Translations under genes and position numbers: made by a program | Shown here: piece by piece, positions 58,481 through 64,000 of the stretch | How positions within the stretch are numbered: position 1 is the first letter of the stretch | Layout of the letters: each line of letters begins with the position of its first letter | Notes under the pieces: model-generated | What the model saw: the letters and a program-made list of their open reading frames with translations, nothing else | Databases searched by the model: none | What the model was told of the DNA's origin: nothing | Assembly: GCA_965232515.1 (NCBI GenBank) | Contig: CBDDPY010000002.1 | Location: 5,184,001 to 5,248,000 of the forward strand | DNA: 64,000 nt | Reading direction: 5' to 3' | Source: Alphaproteobacteria bacterium | GTDB taxonomy: Bacteria > Pseudomonadota > Alphaproteobacteria > GCA-2731375

Positions 58481-59349
58481 CGGGTCGGCATCGGCGTGTC
58501 GCCGCTATAATCGTAGAAACCGCGTCCGGTCTTGCGGCCAAGCCAGCCGGCCTCGACGTATTTCACCAGCAGCGGACAGGGGCGGTATTTGCTGTCGGCC
58601 AGACCCTCGTACAGCACCTGCATGATCGACAGGCAGGTATCGAGGCCGATGAAGTCGGCGAGCTGCAATGGGCCCATGGGATGATGCGCGCCGAGCCGCA
58701 TGCTGGTGTCGATCGCCTCGACGCTGCCGACGCCCTCATAAAGCGTGTAGATCGCCTCGTTGATCATCGGCAGCAGGATCCGGTTGACGATGAAGGCCGG
58801 GAAATCCTCGGCGTTCGCCGGCGTCTTGCCCAACTTGACGACGATCTCCCGGATCGCGTCGAAGGTCGCTTGATCCGTGGCGATGCCGCGGATCAGCTCG
58901 ACCAGCTCCATCGCCGGCACCGGGTTCATGAAATGCATGCCCATGAACTTCTCGGGCCGATCGGTGGCGGCGGCGAGGCGGGTGATCGAAATCGACGAGC
59001 TGTTGGTCGTGATCAGCGCGGTCTCGGACAATTGCGGGCACAGCTCGGCGAAGATCTGGCGTTTGACCTGCTCGTCCTCGGTCGCCGCTTCGACCGCCAG
59101 GTCGACCTTGTCGAAGGCCTCCAGGCTGTCGACCTCCTGAATGCGGCCGAGGGCCGCGTTCATTTCGTCCTCGCTGATCTTTTCGCGCGCGACCTGTCGC
59201 TTCAGGTTGCCGTGGATTGTCGCCATGGCGCGGTCGCGCTGATCGGCGTTGCTGTCGTAGAGCAGAATGTCGTACCCGGCGAGCGAGCAGACATGGGCGA
59301 TGCCGTTGCCCATCTGGCCGGCGCCGATAATGCCGATCGTATTTATCAT
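58477..59349 (-). CDS. hbd: 3-hydroxybutyryl-CoA dehydrogenase
   Basis: GAGQMG, HFMNP, FIVNR, PMGPL. Confidence 0.93.
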   Translation of the reverse strand: MINTIGIIGAGQMGNGIAHVCSLAGYDILLYDSNADQRDRAMATIHGNLKRQVAREKISEDEMNAALGRIQEVDSLEAFDKVDLAVEAATEDEQVKRQIFAELCPQLSETALITTNSSSISITRLAAATDRPEKFMGMHFMNPVPAMELVELIRGIATDQATFDAIREIVVKLGKTPANAEDFPAFIVNRILLPMINEAIYTLYEGVGSVEAIDTSMRLGAHHPMGPLQLADFIGLDTCLSIMQVLYEGLADSKYRPCPLLVKYVEAGWLGRKTGRGFYDYSGDTPMPTR

Positions 59350-59377
59350 CTCGCTACCTCGGGGCCGGCCGCGCGGC

Positions 59378-60325
59378 TCAGGCCGGCGGCAGCTTTTCCA
59401 GCTCCTGCTCGAGTTCGGGCACCGCGTTGAACAGGTCGGCGACCAGGCCGTAATCGGCGACCTGGAAAATCGGCGCCTCCTCGTCCTTGTTGATGGCGAC
59501 GATCACCTTGCTGTCCTTCATGCCGGCCAGATGCTGAATGGCGCCGGAGATGCCGACGGCGATATAGAGCTCCGGCGCGACCACCTTGCCGGTCTGGCCG
59601 ACCTGGTAATCGTTCGGCACGAAGCCGGCGTCGACCGCGGCCCGGCTGGCGCCGACGGCGGCGCCCAGCTTGTCGGCGACCTTCTCGATCAGATGGAAGT
59701 TATCGCCGGACTGCATGCCGCGACCGCCCGAAATCACCACTCGGGCGCTGGTCAGCTCGGGCCGTTCCGACTTCGACAGCTCGGCGCCGACGAAGCTCGA
59801 CAGGCCCGGATCGTTCGCCGCGCCGACGGTCTTGACCGCCGCCGAGCCGCCGGTCGCTTCGGCCTTGGCGAAGGTCGTGGTGCGTACGGTGATGGCCTTG
59901 AAGCCATCGCTCGACTGCACCGTCGCCATGGCGTTGCCGGCATAGATCGGCCGCACGAAGGTATCGGCGGACTCGACGGCGGTGATGTCGGAGATCTGGC
60001 TCACGTCCTTCAGCGCGGCGACGCGGGGCATGTAGTTCTTGCCCGTGGTCGTGGCCGCGGCCAGCACGGCGCCGTAATTGTCGGCCAACGACACCAGCAG
60101 ATCGGCCATCGGCTCGGCCAGCGCGTGCTCGTAGTGCGGCGCGTCGGCGACCAGCACTTTCGACACACCGGCGATCTGCGCCGCGGCTTCGGCCACCGCG
60201 CCGCAACCGGCCCCGGCGACCAGGACATGCACGTCGCTGTCGATGGCGGCGGCGGCGGTGACAACGTTCAACGTGGCCGGCTTCAGCTCGGCATTGTCGT
60301 GTTCGGCAACGACCAGGACGGCCAT
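59378..60325 (-). CDS. etfA: Electron transfer flavoprotein alpha subunit
   Basis: [30 protein letters not shown]. Confidence 0.96.
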   Translation of the reverse strand: MAVLVVAEHDNAELKPATLNVVTAAAAIDSDVHVLVAGAGCGAVAEAAAQIAGVSKVLVADAPHYEHALAEPMADLLVSLADNYGAVLAAATTTGKNYMPRVAALKDVSQISDITAVESADTFVRPIYAGNAMATVQSSDGFKAITVRTTTFAKAEATGGSAAVKTVGAANDPGLSSFVGAELSKSERPELTSARVVISGGRGMQSGDNFHLIEKVADKLGAAVGASRAAVDAGFVPNDYQVGQTGKVVAPELYIAVGISGAIQHLAGMKDSKVIVAINKDEEAPIFQVADYGLVADLFNAVPELEQELEKLPPA

Positions 60326-61074
60326 CAGATCACTCCCGCTTCGTTACGCAGTTTGTCGACCAGTTCGGCGATGGTCTCGACCTTGACGCCGGCCTGGCGC
60401 TTCGGCGGCTCCTCGACCTTCAGCGTGGTCTGGCGCGGCGCCGTGTCGACGCCCAGATCCGCCGGCGCGCTCTCGTCGATTGGCTTCTTCTTCGCCTTCA
60501 TGATGTTCGGCAGCGAGGCATAGCGCGGCTCGTTCAGGCGCAGGTCCGTTGTGACCACGGCCGGCATGTTCAATGCCACCGTCTGCAGCCCGCCGTCGAC
60601 CTCGCGGGTGACGTTCAGCTTGCCGTCGGCCAGCTCCAGCTTCGAGGCGAACGTGCCCTGCGACCAGTTCAACAGCGCGCCAAGCATCTGGCCGGTCTGG
60701 TTGCAGTCGTCGTCGATCGCCTGCTTGCCCATGATGATCAGGTCGGGGCTTTCCTTCTCGACCAACGCCTTCAGGATCTTCGCCACGTGCAGCGGCTCCA
60801 GCGCGTCCTCGGTCTTCACCAGAATGCCGCGGTCGGCGCCCATGGCCAGTGCCGTGCGGATCGTCTCCTGGCATTGCTGCACGCCGATGCTGACGGCGAC
60901 GATCTCTTCAGCCTGGCCGGCCTCCTTCAGGCGGATGGCCTCCTCGACGGCGATCTCGTCGAACGGATTCATCGACATTTTGACGTTGTTCAGGTCGACG
61001 CCGGTGCCGTCCGCCTTGACGCGGATCTTCACGTTGTAGTCGACCACCCGTTTGACGGGGACCAGGATCTTCAT
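60325..61074 (-). CDS. etfB: Electron transfer flavoprotein beta subunit
   Basis: [24 protein letters not shown]. Confidence 0.96.
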   Translation of the reverse strand: MKILVPVKRVVDYNVKIRVKADGTGVDLNNVKMSMNPFDEIAVEEAIRLKEAGQAEEIVAVSIGVQQCQETIRTALAMGADRGILVKTEDALEPLHVAKILKALVEKESPDLIIMGKQAIDDDCNQTGQMLGALLNWSQGTFASKLELADGKLNVTREVDGGLQTVALNMPAVVTTDLRLNEPRYASLPNIMKAKKKPIDESAPADLGVDTAPRQTTLKVEEPPKRQAGVKVETIAELVDKLRNEAGVI

Positions 61075-61202
61075 TCTTGACGCGCTCCGGGTGAGTAGCG
61101 GGACCGCCGTCCGGGCTCGGAAAATCGGCGGCGGTATTGGAAATTCGTTCGAAAATCGAGCGGCAAAATAGTTCTCCGGTCAGGGCAAGTCAACGAATCG
61201 CG

Positions 61203-61214
61203 TGCAGTGCAGCA
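61203..61214. promoter_or_regulatory. PhaR-like motif upstream of etfB
   Basis: TGCAGTGCAGCA, 11/12 identical to TGCGGTGCAGCA upstream of phaA; near a minus-strand TTGACT. Confidence 0.45.
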
Positions 61215-61224
61215 TGGATCGCCG

Positions 61225-61788
61225 TCAGCGGTTCGCCCCCGGCGTCCACAGCACGTCGCGGGCGCCGTCATCGTTGAGGTGCCGGCCCAGGACGAACAGG
61301 TGGTCCGACAGCCGGTTGATGTATTTCATCGCCTGCTCGTTGACCGGCTCGGCCGCGGCCAGCTCGACCATCAGCCGCTCGGCCCGGCGGCTAACGGTGC
61401 GGGCGAGATGCAGGTGCGCCGCGGCCGCCGTGCCGCCCGGCAGGATGAAGGATTTCAACGGCGCCAGTTTTTCGTTCATGGCGTCGATCTCGGCCTCGAG
61501 CCGGGTCACCTGCGGCGCGACGATGCGCAATGCGCCGGCGCTGCGTTCGTTGCCTTCCGGCGTGCAGAGATCGGCGCCCAGGTCGAACAGGTCGTTCTGG
61601 ATCCGCGCCAGCATGGCGTCGGCCTCGCCGTCGGTATGCAGGCGTGCGAGGCCGATGGCGGCGTTGGCCTCATCGACGGTGCCGTAGGCGGCGATGCGCA
61701 CATCCGTCTTCGGCCGGCGGCTGCCGTCGCCCAGGCCGGTCTCGCCGGCATCGCCGGTGCGCGTATAGATCTTCGACAGCGTCACCAT
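61225..61788 (-). CDS. PduO-type cob(I)alamin adenosyltransferase
   Basis: KIYTRTGDAG, GTVDEAN, FILPGG, RRAER, NRLSD. Confidence 0.93.
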   Translation of the reverse strand: MVTLSKIYTRTGDAGETGLGDGSRRPKTDVRIAAYGTVDEANAAIGLARLHTDGEADAMLARIQNDLFDLGADLCTPEGNERSAGALRIVAPQVTRLEAEIDAMNEKLAPLKSFILPGGTAAAAHLHLARTVSRRAERLMVELAAAEPVNEQAMKYINRLSDHLFVLGRHLNDDGARDVLWTPGANR

Positions 61789-61800
61789 GATCGATGTTTC

Positions 61801-61995
61801 CTAACCCCGGTTGGCCAGGTAGATCAGCAGGATGATGCCCAGCGCCACGGCCTGCAGGATCACGCGCCAGCGCATCAGCGCATTGCCGTGCTTGCGGTTG
61901 AAGTCGCCGCCTTTCGCCATGCTGACCACGCCAAACAGCAGCACGCCGGTAATCGCGATCAGCGCGGCGACCAGCAGGATATTCAGAAATGCCAT
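61801..61995 (-). CDS. Twin-TM helix small protein (HIG1-like)
   Basis: Two TM helices, NALMRWRVILQ. Confidence 0.85.
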   Translation of the reverse strand: MAFLNILLVAALIAITGVLLFGVVSMAKGGDFNRKHGNALMRWRVILQAVALGIILLIYLANRG

Positions 61996-62058
61996 GCGTC
62001 AACATATACGCCGGCCGTCCGGCGCAGCCAGCCTAATTTAGCGAGGCGCGTTGGTGCG

Positions 62059-62868
62059 CTAGCTCTGGTCGCCAACCGCCAGCCAGTAACGCCGGTTCAG
62101 CTCCCACATGGCGTAGTCGTGCGCGTGCTCCAGACAGCGCCGCAGGCTGAAGGGGCCGTCCGACGACACCTCGGCAAGACACGCGTCATAGGCGCGCTTG
62201 GCCCTGTCGCCACCGCTGTCCAGCAATGCCGTCGCTGCCGTTGCCGTGCTTCGCGACCATAGGGACTGCTGCGTCTCGTCATCGACGCGGCCCACCGTCG
62301 GCAAGGCGTTGATCAGGCCGTTCAACAGCCGCGCGGCGTCAGCGCCCGCCCCGCCATTGTCGACGATATCGGCGCCGGTGGCGCGGTTCGGCCCCAGCGC
62401 CCGAGCGATCTGCTCGGGCTTGTGCGGCCGGTGGTGGCTCGGCAGCGTCACGGGCAGCAGCGCCACGTCGGCGCCGACCTCGATCGCCAGCGCCGTCGCG
62501 TCCAGATCGGCCAGCAGGCTTTCCGGCAGGCTGATGCGCACCGCGGCATATCCGCGCAGGCTTTCGAATTGGGCGTCGTCGCCGACCTGCAGGCGCAACT
62601 CGTCGCCCGTCGATGTGCGCGCGACCAGCGTCAGGTCGCCGTTCGCCGGCGTGTCGGCCAGCCGGTAGGGGCTCTTGTGCCCCGGCCCGGCGCGGTCCGG
62701 CTCCATGCAAAAGGCGCTGAACTCGGCCGCGCAGACGCCGTCGGCGCAACTCAGCGGCGTCGCGCCGTTGGTGGTGATCAACGCCAGGATCTGCGGCGCC
62801 GCCTGGGCGGCCGTCAGCGGCGCGGTCAAAATCACTGCAAGCGACGTCAGGAATAAGCGGAAGGACAT
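62059..62868 (-). CDS. Exported hypothetical protein with Cys motifs
   Basis: AGGAGG SD, signal peptide ending AQA, CADGVC...FCM and C-terminal AC...RC. Confidence 0.7.
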   Translation of the reverse strand: MSFRLFLTSLAVILTAPLTAAQAAPQILALITTNGATPLSCADGVCAAEFSAFCMEPDRAGPGHKSPYRLADTPANGDLTLVARTSTGDELRLQVGDDAQFESLRGYAAVRISLPESLLADLDATALAIEVGADVALLPVTLPSHHRPHKPEQIARALGPNRATGADIVDNGGAGADAARLLNGLINALPTVGRVDDETQQSLWSRSTATAATALLDSGGDRAKRAYDACLAEVSSDGPFSLRRCLEHAHDYAMWELNRRYWLAVGDQS

Positions 62869-63100
62869 GGTCTGGCCTCCTTTCCCCATGGTCCCGTGCT
62901 TTGGCGCGCTTATCGGCGTGGCTTCGGGACCGGCAGCCATGACGGCGGTGCCTTCACCGCAAACCGGCATCGTTCCACCCGGTGGATCAACGGTCAACCT
63001 TGCCGGCAGCCCACTGGCGGCAACGTGATCGGGCGGAAAGGCCTTCACGCGATGCGCGTTTCGCGCTTTGATCGCCGCCTGGCATTCGGGAGGAACGGCC

Positions 63101-63463
63101 ATGTCTCAATCCCAGCCCACGCTGTTCGCCGGCGCCGAGCCCTGGCGCGCGACGCTCGACGAGGCCCGCGCGACGCCGCTGTCGGAGGGCCGGGCCAGCG
63201 CGCTGTTGATGCAGCACGGCAGCATGACCTTGCGCTACTACGCCCCGCGCGGCAGCGATCCGCAGCAGCCGCACGACCAGGACGAGGTCTATATCGTCGC
63301 CAACGGCAGCGGCACTTTCGTCAACGGCGACGACCGCGTGCCGTTCGGCCCTGGCGACGTATTGTTCGCGGCGGCCGGCGCCGTGCATCGGTTCGAGGAT
63401 TTCAGCGACGACTTCGAGACCTGGGTCGTGTTTTATGGACCGCAAGGCGGCGAAGGCGTCTAG
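63101..63463 (+). CDS. Cupin domain protein
   Basis: QQPHDQDEVY, GDVLF, HRFEDF; GGAGG SD. Confidence 0.87.
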   Translation: MSQSQPTLFAGAEPWRATLDEARATPLSEGRASALLMQHGSMTLRYYAPRGSDPQQPHDQDEVYIVANGSGTFVNGDDRVPFGPGDVLFAAAGAVHRFEDFSDDFETWVVFYGPQGGEGV

Positions 63464-63487
63464 GGCGGATAGCGAGGAGAGATCGTG

Positions 63488-64000
63488 ATGGTTGTTTTGT
63501 ATGAAGTGGCATTGTCGCCCTATGCGCAGAAGGTGAAGATCGCGCTGATCGAGAAGGGCATCGATTTCGAGGCGCGGGTCGCCCAGCTCGGCGGCGACGA
63601 TCAGGACCTGGCGCGAGCCAATCCGCGCGGCGAGGTGCCGGCGCTGCTCGACGGCGAGGCCTGCATCTTCGATTCCAGCATCATCCTCGAATATCTCGAG
63701 GACAAGTGGCCGACGCCGCCGCTGCTGCCAGCCGCCGCTGCCGACCGCGCCCGCGTGCGCATGATCGAGGAGGTCTGCGACAGCCAGTTCGAGGCCGCCT
63801 GCTGGGGCATGACCGAGCTGCTGGTCTTCAAGCGCGCCGAGGGCGAGACGGCGAAGGCGATGCAGGCCCAGGCCGCGAAGGACGTCGGCGCGATCTGCGG
63901 CTGGCTCGAGCGCCAGCTCGGCGGCCGCGACTATTTCAACGGCGCTGATTTCGGCTTCGGCGACATCGCCGTGTTCCCCTACCTGCAGATCGCGTCGCTT
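63488..64000 (+). CDS. Glutathione S-transferase (3'-truncated by window edge; absent from ORF track)
   Basis: Hand translation MVVLYEVALSPYAQKVKIALIEKG...NPRGEVPAL...DSSIILEYLED. Confidence 0.88.
   Translation, partial: MVVLYEVALSPYAQKVKIALIEKGIDFEARVAQLGGDDQDLARANPRGEVPALLDGEACIFDSSIILEYLEDKWPTPPLLPAAAADRARVRMIEEVCDSQFEAACWGMTELLVFKRAEGETAKAMQAQAAKDVGAICGWLERQLGGRDYFNGADFGFGDIAVFPYLQIASL

Noticed and set aside
63005-63045. CCACTGG...GGAAAGG resembling part of a cobalamin riboswitch near the adenosyltransferase gene
   Set aside because: No B12 box or GGGAA/GGTG core found, and the orientation does not fit that gene

Overview
High-GC chromosomal window from an alphaproteobacterium (Rhodospirillales-like by gene content; this is an inference). 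It is densely coding, mostly core or metabolic genes, and I saw no rRNA, tRNA, CRISPR array, integrase or transposase. Left third (1-21 kb, more accessory): hupE/ureJ; several DMT/MFS transporters; an uncharacterised sugar-acid-type catabolic operon; a cytoplasmic GGT-like Ntn-hydrolase next to an acyl-CoA ligase; an oxalyl-CoA synthetase/PanE2-like pair; a 43-aa membrane microprotein with a structured leader; an AT-rich divergent promoter before a PAS-GGDEF(degenerate)-EAL gene; and an ArsR-SRPBCC/DHFR-like islet. Middle: modABC directly behind phaR; a PHA locus (phaR | small ORF overlapping a class III-like phaC, then phaA, phaB); fbpAB with Fur-type boxes; metXW; chorismate mutase-hisC-tyrC; and nrdJ with a LexA-type box. 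Right: the conserved block plsC-ydcF-ftsXE | zitP-hpt-response regulator | TIGR02302-lysA-lptM-argH | tlpA | hbd-etfAB-PduO-type-HIG1. Best leads: the dual-coding small ORF/phaC pair, a PhaR-type motif shared by the phaA and etfB promoters, the possible oxamate/oxalate module, the orphan sugar-acid operon, and the microprotein leader. All calls come from motif recognition only; no database search or folding computation was run. Start codons were re-picked by eye where the ORF track over-extends.
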